Origin: a bacterium
GTDB lineage: Bacteria; RUG730; JBDRED01; JBHPKP01
NCBI GenBank assembly: GCA_042566505.1
Contig: JBHPKP010000001.1
Location: 8,483 to 72,482 of the forward strand
Reading direction: 5' to 3'
Length of the DNA stretch: 64,000 nt
Shown: positions 32,476 through 41,619 of the stretch, one piece after another
Layout: each line of letters opens with the position of its first letter
Numbering within the stretch: position 1 is the first letter of the stretch
Program-made: the position numbers and the translations under genes
The notes under the pieces: generated by a model
Databases searched by the model: none
Told to the model about the DNA's origin: nothing
The model's input: only the letters and a program-made list of their open reading frames with translations

Positions 32476-34320
32476 TTATTGTTTTTGTATACCTTTTATT
32501 CTCTTATAAATCGCATCTGACGACAATCCACACGCATCTCTAACAACTTCCTGATTCCCATGTTTTACAAATTCATCAGGCAAACCAATGTTATATACAG
32601 GCAGGTCCACTTGCTCACTTATTGCGCTTCCAAACCCACCAATAATTGTATTTTCTTCCACTGTTATTATTTTTTTATAATTTTTAATTTTCCCAACAAG
32701 CTTATTAATCGGCTTTGCAAAACGAGCATTAACCAGAGCGCATTGAATGCCTTGGTTCTTTAGTTTTAAAACAGCTTCTTTTGCAGCTTCAACCATGCTG
32801 CCAATTGAAACAACAGCAATCTCACCCTTTTTTTCAATAACTTCCGGCTCACCGATTTTAATTTCAGGGATATCAGCTGTAAATAGCTCCAAACCAATCC
32901 CTTTTCCACGAGGATATCTAATAGCAACAGGTCCATTATATGAAACAGCTGTTTTCAGCATCATCTGAAGTTCCTTCTCATTAGATGGAGCCATGACAAC
33001 AAGATTTGGGATTAATCTAAGGTAAGACAAATCAAACTGACCATTGTGCGTTGCACCATCCTCTCCGACAATTCCTGCTCGATCAAGTGCAAATATAACC
33101 GGCAAATTTTGCAGACACACATCGTGAATAATATTATCGTACGCTCTATGCATAAATGTCGAATATATCGCGCACACAGGTTTCATGCCATTAGCCGCGA
33201 GACCTGCTGCAAATGTTACTGCATGTCCTTCTGCAATGCCTACATCAAAATATCTGTCCGGAAATTTTTCAGCAAATTTATCAACCCCTGTACCAACCGA
33301 CATAGCAGCTGTTATAACTACAACTTGTTTATCTTCCTCTGCAATTTTTATTAATGTATCACCAAAAACCTGCGTATATGTTGGGACCTTATCATCGGAC
33401 TTTATAACCTCGCCTGTTTCCGCATCAAACTTTCCAACACCATGAAATAATTCCGGCCTTTCTTCTGCAAATTTACAACCTTTACCTTTTTTTGTAATGA
33501 TATGCAAAAGAACAGAACCTTTTAAATTTTTTATATTCTTGAATATATCAATCAATCCCATTATATCGTGTCCATCAATAGGACCCAAATAACAAAATCC
33601 CATTTCTTCGAACATCATACCGGGTGTTAAAAGCGTTTTCACACGTTTAGCGATCCTCATAATTGTTTCACCTGCAATTTTGAATCTTTTACTTATCTTT
33701 TCAATCCGCTGCTCAACACTTACAACGAGGTCACCAGACATTGCCTTAGTCAGATATTTCCCAATTGCACCAACTCGCTTTGATATAAACATCTCATTAT
33801 CATTCAAAACAACAATTAAATCTTTTCCCAAATGACCTGCATTATTGAGCCCTTCGAATGCTAATCCACCAGTCATTGCGCCATCACCTATGACTGCAAT
33901 CACTTTCGAATCCTCGCGTTTCAAGTCCCTTGCGCTTGCGATCCCCAATGCGCTTGATATTGATGTCGACGAATGTCCGGTCCCAAATGCATCGTATTTA
34001 CTTTCGCTCATATTCGGGAACCCGCTTATACCTTTCCATTGCCTAAGTGTGTGGAACTTGCCAGATCGACCTGTCAGAATCTTGTGCGCATATGCCTGGT
34101 GCCCCACATCCCATACAATCTTATCCTTTTCAAGATCAAACACATAGTTCAGTGCCATAGTAAGTTCAACTACGCCTAACGATCCTGCAAGATGTCCGCC
34201 ATTTTTCGAAACCACGTCAATTATAAGCTTGCGAATTTGGGCAGCAAGTTCCGGGAACTTTTCAATATTTAAGTTTTTGATATCATTTGGATTTTTTATG
34301 GAATCTAATAAACCATTCAT
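32476..34320 (-). CDS. dxs: 1-deoxy-D-xylulose-5-phosphate synthase
   Basis: 614 aa, TPP-binding GDG...N motif (VIGDGAMTGG), transketolase-like domains. Confidence 0.9.
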   Translation of the reverse strand: MNGLLDSIKNPNDIKNLNIEKFPELAAQIRKLIIDVVSKNGGHLAGSLGVVELTMALNYVFDLEKDKIVWDVGHQAYAHKILTGRSGKFHTLRQWKGISGFPNMSESKYDAFGTGHSSTSISSALGIASARDLKREDSKVIAVIGDGAMTGGLAFEGLNNAGHLGKDLIVVLNDNEMFISKRVGAIGKYLTKAMSGDLVVSVEQRIEKISKRFKIAGETIMRIAKRVKTLLTPGMMFEEMGFCYLGPIDGHDIMGLIDIFKNIKNLKGSVLLHIITKKGKGCKFAEERPELFHGVGKFDAETGEVIKSDDKVPTYTQVFGDTLIKIAEEDKQVVVITAAMSVGTGVDKFAEKFPDRYFDVGIAEGHAVTFAAGLAANGMKPVCAIYSTFMHRAYDNIIHDVCLQNLPVIFALDRAGIVGEDGATHNGQFDLSYLRLIPNLVVMAPSNEKELQMMLKTAVSYNGPVAIRYPRGKGIGLELFTADIPEIKIGEPEVIEKKGEIAVVSIGSMVEAAKEAVLKLKNQGIQCALVNARFAKPINKLVGKIKNYKKIITVEENTIIGGFGSAISEQVDLPVYNIGLPDEFVKHGNQEVVRDACGLSSDAIYKRIKGIQKQ

Positions 34321-34357
34321 ATATTTAACCTCAAAAAAAATAAAGGTAGGAGAAATT

Positions 34358-34431
34358 TACGCCATATAGGACTTGAACCTATAACCTACTGATTAAGAGT
34401 CAGTTGCTCTACCAATTGAGCTAATGGCGCG
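34358..34431 (-). tRNA. tRNA-Lys (anticodon CTT)
   Basis: Reverse complement shows GCTC/GAGC D-stem, anticodon loop CTCTTAA, T-arm ATAGG-TTCAAGT-CCTAT, acceptor stem with G1-U72, A73. Ends approximate to within 1-2 nt. Confidence 0.75.
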
Positions 34432-34435
34432 AAAC

Positions 34436-34523
34436 AAATTAACACTTGACGTGACTAACACAAACTCTTTCATACGAGAAATCTCAATCGTTCCTGCGTC
34501 ACTTAAACAAATGTTACTTTTAT
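34436..34523 (+). repeat. intergenic repeat family copy A (full length), the spacer between tRNA-Arg and tRNA-Lys
   Basis: ~88-bp element TTAACACTTGACGTGACTAACACAAACTCTTTCATACGAGAAATCTCAATCGTTCCTGCGTCACTTAAACAAATGTTACTTTTATG with potential long imperfect hairpin (TTAAGTGACG...CGTCAAGTGTTAA). Confidence 0.7.
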
Positions 34524-34555
34524 GTTTTTTTCAAATTCTACAATTAATTAAAAAT

Positions 34556-34629
34556 TACGCCCGGTGCGACTCGAACGCACGACCTGCGGATTCGAAGTCC
34601 GACGCTCTATCCAACTGAGCTACGGGCGC
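34556..34629 (-). tRNA. tRNA-Arg (anticodon TCG)
   Basis: Reverse complement: acceptor GCGCCCG, D-arm GCTC-AGTTGGATA-GAGC (A20 present), anticodon loop CTTCGAA, T-arm GTGCG-TTCGAGT-CGCAC, A73. Confidence 0.7.
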
Positions 34630-34903
34630 ATAGATAATGAAAATTTATTTTTCAAAAAACGAATAACGTATATTATTTTTCTTTTATTTCTAGTTTTGCC
34701 AATGCTTTTTTTGCAAGCAACTCTCCAAACAATTCAGGATTTTCTTCCATAGTTACTTCTTTTTTTTGTGTATTTGGATAATAATAATCTTTGTATTGTT
34801 TTATAGTTCTAAATTCTTTAACTTTGTTCTGATATTTTTCATTCAATATCGGTATAATATAAAAATTAAAGTTAAAAATCCAGAGCCAATTATAATAGTA
34901 CAT

Positions 34904-36073
34904 TTATTTTCGGACCCTTATTGAACCAGCATGATGTTTCATGCCTTCTAAGTCTGCGAATTTTGCAGCATCAAGGCATTTTTTCTTTAGATAATTATGA
35001 TCCACTTCCATAACCGCGATACGCTTAAGGAATGTATGAACCGAAAGACCGGAACTGAATCGCGCACAACCTGCAGTCGGCAAAGAGTGACTTGGACCGA
35101 GCCAGTAATCGCCCAATGCAACAGGCGTATTCTTTCCTACAAAAATCGCACCTGCCGAATAAATTTTACTTAATATTTTCGATGAAGCTTTAACAACTAA
35201 TTCCAAATGTTCAGGCGCAATTTCATTCGCTTTTTTTACGCCTTCATCAATATTTTTCACGTTTATGCATTTAACACGACCTTTCAATTCCTCATCCAGT
35301 TTTGCTCTAACTTTATAAATCAGGGATTTTGAATCTGTAATCAAATATGCAATTGCCTCGGGATCATGTTCAGCCTGTGCGCCTAAATCCTCTACAATAT
35401 AATCCGTATTTGCAGTACTGTCCGCCAACACAACAACTTCACTCGGACCTGCCAAACTATCGATCCCCACGTCGCCATACACCATGCGTTTTGCCTGCGT
35501 TACATAAGCATTCCCAGGTCCAACAATGATATCAACCTTTGGAATGGTTTGCGTACCATAAGCCATAGCAGCAATTGCCTGTGCACCACCTACTGCATAC
35601 ACTTTCTCCACACCTGCAATATACATACTTGCCTTAACTACATCATTCAAATTTTTGTAAGGAGTGCAAACAACTATATCCTTAACTCCGGCAGCCATAG
35701 CAGGACATACATTTGCAAATACTGACGATGGATATGGATATCGTCCACCGGGTATGTATACACCAACTCTTTCAATTGGTTCAATCTTTTCTTTTATTGT
35801 GCTTCCTTTTTTATTGATAACTAAAGACTTAATACTTTTTCTCTGTAATTTATGATAATCCAAAATATTTTTATGTGCAGTTTCTAATATCTTCAAAGTT
35901 TCTTTATCTATTTTTGCAAATGCCCTTTTACATTCTGCACGTATGACTACTAAATTTTTGGGACTTAAACTAATTTTGTCGAATTTTTTTGTCAATATAA
36001 TAACTGCTTTATCCTTGTTTTTTTTAACATTTTCAATGATTGCTTTCACATTTTTTATAATATTTTTATCCAT
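34904..36073 (-). CDS. hisD: histidinol dehydrogenase family protein
   Basis: Blocks VGVYIPGGRYPYPSS, AGPSEV, AQAEHD, GDYWLGPSHSLPTAGCARFSSGL typical of HisD. Size 389 aa, slightly short. Confidence 0.75.
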   Translation of the reverse strand: MDKNIIKNVKAIIENVKKNKDKAVIILTKKFDKISLSPKNLVVIRAECKRAFAKIDKETLKILETAHKNILDYHKLQRKSIKSLVINKKGSTIKEKIEPIERVGVYIPGGRYPYPSSVFANVCPAMAAGVKDIVVCTPYKNLNDVVKASMYIAGVEKVYAVGGAQAIAAMAYGTQTIPKVDIIVGPGNAYVTQAKRMVYGDVGIDSLAGPSEVVVLADSTANTDYIVEDLGAQAEHDPEAIAYLITDSKSLIYKVRAKLDEELKGRVKCINVKNIDEGVKKANEIAPEHLELVVKASSKILSKIYSAGAIFVGKNTPVALGDYWLGPSHSLPTAGCARFSSGLSVHTFLKRIAVMEVDHNYLKKKCLDAAKFADLEGMKHHAGSIRVRK

Positions 36074-36143
36074 ATTTACACCTTCAATTCCATTTTACCA
36101 TGTATTTTTGGAATTTTTGCTTCCAAAAATACTATTTTTACCG

Positions 36144-37127
36144 CTATCTTAGCATATTTACAAATGCCTCAATTCTTGTTTTTGCACGTCTGGATAATTT
36201 ACCCGGTCTATCCTCTTCCAATGTTAAAACTGGCACATCCAGTTTTTTTCGAATGAGAACATCGTCCAATGCTTTATAACAAAAACTTTGCACATAATGA
36301 ATTATGCCCCTAATGTTTCGTTTCTTTATTTGATTTTCAATATCCCGGAGCCTAAAACCTATCTCATATGGATAAGTATACTCCAGAAACTGCTTAATAT
36401 AAATATCTTTAAAATTTGTTTTTGTAATTTTCTTACTTTTTAAATATGGAAATGTAAACTGTCTTGCTGACTCATGCAGCACAATTCGCGCACCAGATGA
36501 ATCAATAAACTGAAATATATCACTAACTATCGATGGGACCCCTATAAAGCCGAGCTCAACTCTATAATCATCTACTTGCCTCTTTTTGTTTATGCCTACA
36601 TCTAACTTCTTTTCAAACTTTTTGTAGTCTCCCTCAAAATCAGTACTTGCAACCTGAAAATAGTGCGAATCAAAGCTAGAGATATTTCTATCATTATCCA
36701 TTTTATAAATCTTTTCACGAACAGCTTGCATATCTCTCGCGGTCTGACACAGCTTTATCCACGAAACTTTGAATACTTTCATTAGCTTTTCAATCTCTTG
36801 TTCCATTGACTTTTTGTTCCTGTCAATCGGATAACAAAAAGGGATTATCTCCACTCCTTCATAGCCTAGAAGCTCACAAAGACCTTTTGAATTTGTACAA
36901 TCACCTTGAAAAACACTAACAACTTTTTTCATCTTATGTTTCTTAACAGCACTATAAATACCTTTTATCCAGCAGCAATAAGTCCTCGGAAGACCTTCAA
37001 GTTCTGCAAAGTCTATATACTTGTTAGGATTTTTTTGAGATATAAAAATATTATTTAAATCAAGCGGGATATTACCGGACGCAAAAAGAATTTCAACCGG
37101 TATTGTTGATGTAAAACCTATTTTCAT
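36144..37127 (-). CDS. 2-hydroxyacyl-CoA dehydratase (HgdB/BcrB/FldC) family protein
   Basis: Conserved Cys-containing segments (RTYCCW, FQGDCTNS, VQSFCYKALDD) and a C-terminal LEEDRPG...SRRAKTRIEAF segment characteristic of the family. No activator (HgdC-like) gene adjacent. Confidence 0.55.
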   Translation of the reverse strand: MKIGFTSTIPVEILFASGNIPLDLNNIFISQKNPNKYIDFAELEGLPRTYCCWIKGIYSAVKKHKMKKVVSVFQGDCTNSKGLCELLGYEGVEIIPFCYPIDRNKKSMEQEIEKLMKVFKVSWIKLCQTARDMQAVREKIYKMDNDRNISSFDSHYFQVASTDFEGDYKKFEKKLDVGINKKRQVDDYRVELGFIGVPSIVSDIFQFIDSSGARIVLHESARQFTFPYLKSKKITKTNFKDIYIKQFLEYTYPYEIGFRLRDIENQIKKRNIRGIIHYVQSFCYKALDDVLIRKKLDVPVLTLEEDRPGKLSRRAKTRIEAFVNMLR

Positions 37128-37137
37128 TGCATTCCTA

Positions 37138-37587
37138 TCACAAAATGTATTTAGAATAATTTGTTTTTATCCATTTAGTAACCAATTTTACAAATTTTTC
37201 TGTTTCTTCTATTAATTCCTCAACTTCAGTCTCCGAAACACCCCATGCATGAGTATAATCGATAATATTTCTTTTGTTTCGACAAGAATCAAAATAGTCA
37301 GCTAGATCAATATACTCTTTTCCCATAATTTCTTTCATTGCTTGAAAAACTGTAGAATGATGTCCTACACCTTTTGTTTTGTATCCGACACAATATAATA
37401 ATACTGTAGCTGTTTGTAATGCTGCATTATATGCAGTTGCAAGTCTTCTATCTTCTGATATAGCTTCAACTTTTGAATCTTTAATGTCTCTTTTAATTAG
37501 TTCCAATAAACTAATCACTTCATCTTTTGATGTAGAATGAGGAATTAATCTACCTTGGTTTAACAATATTTTTAAAGTCATCTTCAT
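37138..37587 (-). CDS. HEPN-domain protein (toxin component of HEPN/MNT pair)
   Basis: 149 aa, all-helical, RNKRNIIDYTH = Rx4-6H HEPN motif. Overlaps the upstream NTase gene by 38 nt. Confidence 0.6.
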   Translation of the reverse strand: MKMTLKILLNQGRLIPHSTSKDEVISLLELIKRDIKDSKVEAISEDRRLATAYNAALQTATVLLYCVGYKTKGVGHHSTVFQAMKEIMGKEYIDLADYFDSCRNKRNIIDYTHAWGVSETEVEELIEETEKFVKLVTKWIKTNYSKYIL

Positions 37588-38140
37588 TTCCTATAATAAA
37601 AATCTTTTTTGTTTTAAGTATGCTTAAAACAAAGTGATTTTTTTTACGTATCTTTTCTCTAAATTCTTTTTTAGTAAATACAACATAATTTATTTCACGT
37701 GCTAATTCTTTTTGAGGCTTTGATAATATTTTTGAAATCTGTCTAGATGTTACAGTGCCAATTACAAAAATATCTATATCACTTGATTTTTGTATGGCTC
37801 CTTTTGCATATGAACCATAAACAAACACTACTTCAATATCTTGTGTTTTTTTAAGGTGATTTTTTAATTCTTCGGCAATCCCTGCACTTTTTATAAATAT
37901 ATTTTTTAAATCTTCATAAATAATAAAAGATTCATTAACTCTATAATAAACACTTTTACCTTGTATTGATTTTGATAAGAATCCTATTTCCTCAAGTTTT
38001 TTAACCTCTCTTTGTACAGAACGAATACTTTCGTTTGTGAGAGACGAAATCTCTCTTTGGTAAAAGCTGCCTTTAGGATTTAATAGTAAAAGTTTTAATA
38101 TATTTACACGTGCTTTTGATGAGAATAAGGTTTGCAGCAT
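37550..38140 (-). CDS. minimal nucleotidyltransferase (MNT) with N-terminal winged-helix domain (antitoxin component)
   Basis: N-terminal ArsR/wHTH-like segment, then NTase motif VYGSYAKGAIQKSSDIDIFVIG (GS...DxD). Confidence 0.65.
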   Translation of the reverse strand: MLQTLFSSKARVNILKLLLLNPKGSFYQREISSLTNESIRSVQREVKKLEEIGFLSKSIQGKSVYYRVNESFIIYEDLKNIFIKSAGIAEELKNHLKKTQDIEVVFVYGSYAKGAIQKSSDIDIFVIGTVTSRQISKILSKPQKELAREINYVVFTKKEFREKIRKKNHFVLSILKTKKIFIIGNEDDFKNIVKPR

Positions 38141-38153
38141 TTTTCATACTCCT

Positions 38154-38191
38154 GACTACAATTTGTAGTCAATTGTATACAATTTGTAGTC
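38154..38191. promoter_or_regulatory. palindromic putative operator upstream of the MNT/HEPN operon
   Basis: GACTACAATTTGTAGTC, a 17-bp near-perfect palindrome, followed by a second ACAATTTGTAGTC half-site copy 7 bp later. Lies 14-50 bp upstream of the wHTH-NTase start. Confidence 0.5.
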
Positions 38192-38214
38192 AATCGTCAA
38201 GATGATTCTTTTCA

Positions 38215-38248
38215 ACAAAAAAGGACGCAAAGAATAATCCTTGCGCCC
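38215..38248 (-). terminator. intrinsic terminator of pckG
   Basis: Minus strand: hairpin GGGCGCAAGG-ATTATTCT-TTGCGTCC followed by TTTTTTGTTG, 27 bp after the pckG stop. Confidence 0.7.
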
Positions 38249-38274
38249 TAATTTATGAAGCAATTAACTTAAAG

Positions 38275-40080
38275 TTAGATTTTTGAAATCTCTGCCTTCA
38301 AGCTTTGCAATTCTTCTTCCAATTCTTTTGGCAATCTATCACCAAATTTATTGTAGAATTCTTCGATTGAAGCTATTTCTTTTAGCCAGCCGTCTTTATC
38401 AATTTCCGAAAGTTTTTTCATAACTTCTATTGAAACATCAAGTCCGGAAACATCAATTCCATGTTCCTTTGGAATTATGCCAATCGGAGTTTTATTTCCA
38501 ATATCTTTGCCTTCAACTCTTTCTGTAACATATTTAAGAATTCGGCTATTTTCTCCATAACCCGGCCACATGAATTTTCCATTTTCATCTTTTCTGAACC
38601 AGTTAACAAAGAAAATCTTTGGCGCTTTATCACCAAGCTTTTTACCCATATTTATCCAATGCTTGAAATAATCACCCATGTTGTATCCGCAGAATGGAAG
38701 CATTGCAAACGGGTCACGTCTTACAACACCAACTGCTCCAATATTTGCAGCTGTTGTTTCAGAACCTGTTGCAGAACCCATAAATACACCATGTATCCAG
38801 TTGATTGCTTCATTTACTAATGGAACAGTTCCTGCACGTCTACCACCAAAAAGGATTGCAGAAATCGGAACACCATTTGGGTTTTCCCAATTAGGATCAA
38901 TTACAGGACATTGACTTGCAGGTGCAGTAAATCTTGCATTTGGATGAGCGCCTTTTCGTCCACTTTCCGGTGTCCATTCATTACCTTCCCAGTCTATACC
39001 TTTTTTTGGAGGATCAATTCCCATATCTTCCCACCAAACATCATTATCTTCAGTTAACACAACATTTGTAAAAATACTGTTTCTATCGATACTTTTCATT
39101 GCATTCGGGTTTGTTTCCATTGATGTACCGGGTGCTACTCCAAAGAAACCCGCTTCCGGATTTACAGCATACAATTTGCCATTTTCACCGATTCTCATCC
39201 ATGCAATATCATCACCAATACATTTTACAGTCCAACCCGGAATAGTTGGTTCCATCATTGCCAGGTTAGTTTTTCCACATGCACTTGGGAATGCAGCTGC
39301 AACATAATATGTTTTTCCTTCAGGACTGGTTAATGCAAGAATAAGCATATGCTCAGCTAACCAACCTTCGTCTCTTGCTTGTGCAGATGCAATTCTTAAT
39401 GCAAGACACTTTTTACCCAAAAGGGCATTTCCACCATATCCTGATCCATATGACCAAATCATTCTTTCTTCGGGAAAATGTGTAATATATTTTTTTTCGA
39501 TTGGAGCACAAGGCCATGCAGCATCTTCTTGTCCGTCAGCTAATGGCGCGCCAATAGAATGTATACACGGAATAAATTCGCCATTATCACCCAATTGCTC
39601 CAAAACAGCTTTTCCCATTCTGGTCATGATTCTCATATTTACAACAACATATGCAGAATCTGTTATTTCGATCCCTATTTTAGAAATCCGCGAACCAATT
39701 GGTCCCATTGAAAATGGAATCACATACATTGTTCTACCCTTCATACAGCCATCATAAAGCTCTGTCATTGTTTTTTTAATTTCGCTAGGATCAATCCAGT
39801 TATTAGTTGGACCAGCTTCATCCTGAGTTTTTGAACTAATGTACGTTCTTTTTTCTACACGTGCCACATCACTTGGGTCTGATCTAAAAAGATAGCTGCC
39901 CGGTCTTTTGTCTTCGTTTAATTTTGTTGCAGCGCCTTTTGCAACCATTTCATCTAAAAGTCTTTGGTTCTCTTGTTCTGAACCATCAACCCAATAAACC
40001 TCGTCCGGTCTACAAAGATCTTTTACCTCTTCTACCCATGTTAAAAGTTTTTTGTTGTTCGTCATTTTAATATCCTCCAT
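38275..40080 (-). CDS. pckG: phosphoenolpyruvate carboxykinase (GTP)
   Basis: 601 aa. GTP-PEPCK-specific blocks (P-loop [14 protein letters not shown], kinase motifs) throughout. Confidence 0.9.
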   Translation of the reverse strand: MEDIKMTNNKKLLTWVEEVKDLCRPDEVYWVDGSEQENQRLLDEMVAKGAATKLNEDKRPGSYLFRSDPSDVARVEKRTYISSKTQDEAGPTNNWIDPSEIKKTMTELYDGCMKGRTMYVIPFSMGPIGSRISKIGIEITDSAYVVVNMRIMTRMGKAVLEQLGDNGEFIPCIHSIGAPLADGQEDAAWPCAPIEKKYITHFPEERMIWSYGSGYGGNALLGKKCLALRIASAQARDEGWLAEHMLILALTSPEGKTYYVAAAFPSACGKTNLAMMEPTIPGWTVKCIGDDIAWMRIGENGKLYAVNPEAGFFGVAPGTSMETNPNAMKSIDRNSIFTNVVLTEDNDVWWEDMGIDPPKKGIDWEGNEWTPESGRKGAHPNARFTAPASQCPVIDPNWENPNGVPISAILFGGRRAGTVPLVNEAINWIHGVFMGSATGSETTAANIGAVGVVRRDPFAMLPFCGYNMGDYFKHWINMGKKLGDKAPKIFFVNWFRKDENGKFMWPGYGENSRILKYVTERVEGKDIGNKTPIGIIPKEHGIDVSGLDVSIEVMKKLSEIDKDGWLKEIASIEEFYNKFGDRLPKELEEELQSLKAEISKI

Positions 40081-40288
40081 GAAATAAATTTAATTTTGAT
40101 TTTGAATCCGCGAAAGGTTTTACGGATCGTGAAAATTATGGCAAGAGATCTGATTTTGTCGGACCTTTAAGCGATACAATCAAACTGGTAAGTTTTGTAT
40201 CTTATAAATGTACTCGCTCACACTTTCGAGCGTTAGTATATATAATGTTTTTTCAAAATGCAAGCCTTGTAGTATTAAATTAAGTGAA

Positions 40289-41554
40289 TCAGAATAGCAG
40301 ACTTGCTCCAAAAATCGTTTGATTTAGCTTCATTATAACAATATCTTCTTCATCTTCAAGATTTCGATCAAAAGTAAATCTATTCATCATAACTCTGGCT
40401 TCTGCAAAAACTGACAATACATCACCCAACATCAGCCGCATTCCGGCAAATCCTTTTACCACTAAACCTACTGCTATATCATCCAATTCCTGCTGATATA
40501 TTCCATCTATATATGACCAAATATATGGAGATGTAACTGTATTTACACTAAAACCCAAACCACCACCAAAATATGGAAATAAAACTTTACTATGGCTTTT
40601 AAAAAATAAATCGATTGTAAATAGAAAAGAATTTATATCTAAATAATCATCAACAATAAATGTAAGTCGTTTATCTATTGTATCATTCACCGTATAATTT
40701 GTGTCCTGCTGTTCTAAACTGTGTTTCATAGTTGATAATTCAAAATCTAACCCAACATATTTATCATAGAAACCAAATCTAAAACCTCTTGGAGGTGCAG
40801 CTTGAACTATCTCTAAATCAGTAAAATTATAATTATCATATAAAACATAATTACTAAAAAGCCCTAATCTAGAAGCACTAACTCCTTGAACTATATTCTC
40901 AAATGTCAAATCCATTTTACCGGCTGTGTTGCCTGTAAAGAAATCAAAAAATATTGTAGGTTTCGGACCTTTCCGCGCTGAAACAGGTTTGTGAAAGACA
41001 GAAGCAGGTTCTTGAACTTGCTGTTGAACCTGAGGTTGGGTTTGCGGCATGGAAACCATTGAACTTGTGTCTTGATCAGGATACATTAAATAATATGCAA
41101 GCCTATCAACAGACTCTGCAAGCTTAGACTCTTGCACCACCTTTGCTCTTTTTGAAACTTTTATTTCAGCTGTTTCTACATCTATAATATTCGCAGTTAT
41201 ATAATAAACACCCATAAGTTTACTCAAACTTCCCATGACCATTTCCTTCACATTCAATATTTTACCGATCTTCGCAACACACTCCTGGTCAGTACAATCT
41301 GTTAGTCCCGACACTTGCAGCCCTTGCTCTTGTAAAAGCACTTCCATGTTTTTTCGATCGATAACTTTATACACATTCAGATTCACAAGTGCAGTTCTGA
41401 AAAAATCTGCTACAACTACAGCATCCATTTTTGACACATTTTGCGCATCAAAATCTATGACTGCAATGCTCTCCTTAGTTGCCTGCGCGCCTTGTAAGCC
41501 CATACTTAAAAATGTTGTTAAAAGCGAAATCATGATAATTTTTTTAATCATCAC
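40289..41554 (-). CDS. secreted/outer-membrane protein with CsgG/LpoB-like N-terminal domain
   Basis: Signal peptide. Residues ~25-150 resemble the CsgG-like alpha/beta domain (IAVIDF...YKVIDR...GSL...YYITANIIDVETAEI). Gln-rich linker, then a C-terminal beta-rich domain ending in an aromatic residue. Confidence 0.4.
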   Translation of the reverse strand: MMIKKIIMISLLTTFLSMGLQGAQATKESIAVIDFDAQNVSKMDAVVVADFFRTALVNLNVYKVIDRKNMEVLLQEQGLQVSGLTDCTDQECVAKIGKILNVKEMVMGSLSKLMGVYYITANIIDVETAEIKVSKRAKVVQESKLAESVDRLAYYLMYPDQDTSSMVSMPQTQPQVQQQVQEPASVFHKPVSARKGPKPTIFFDFFTGNTAGKMDLTFENIVQGVSASRLGLFSNYVLYDNYNFTDLEIVQAAPPRGFRFGFYDKYVGLDFELSTMKHSLEQQDTNYTVNDTIDKRLTFIVDDYLDINSFLFTIDLFFKSHSKVLFPYFGGGLGFSVNTVTSPYIWSYIDGIYQQELDDIAVGLVVKGFAGMRLMLGDVLSVFAEARVMMNRFTFDRNLEDEEDIVIMKLNQTIFGASLLF

Positions 41555-41619
41555 CTTCTCCTTAAGTTTATTTTATATTCATTATAATAGGCAAAAATAG
41601 AATGTTCAATCATTATGTT

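Noticed and set aside
34673-34903. 76-aa ORF abutting the hisD stop
   Set aside because: Highly hydrophobic/aromatic low-complexity N-terminus and no RBS. Possibly a real small protein from the internal Met (MEENPELFGELLAKKALAKLEIKEK), but not supportable.
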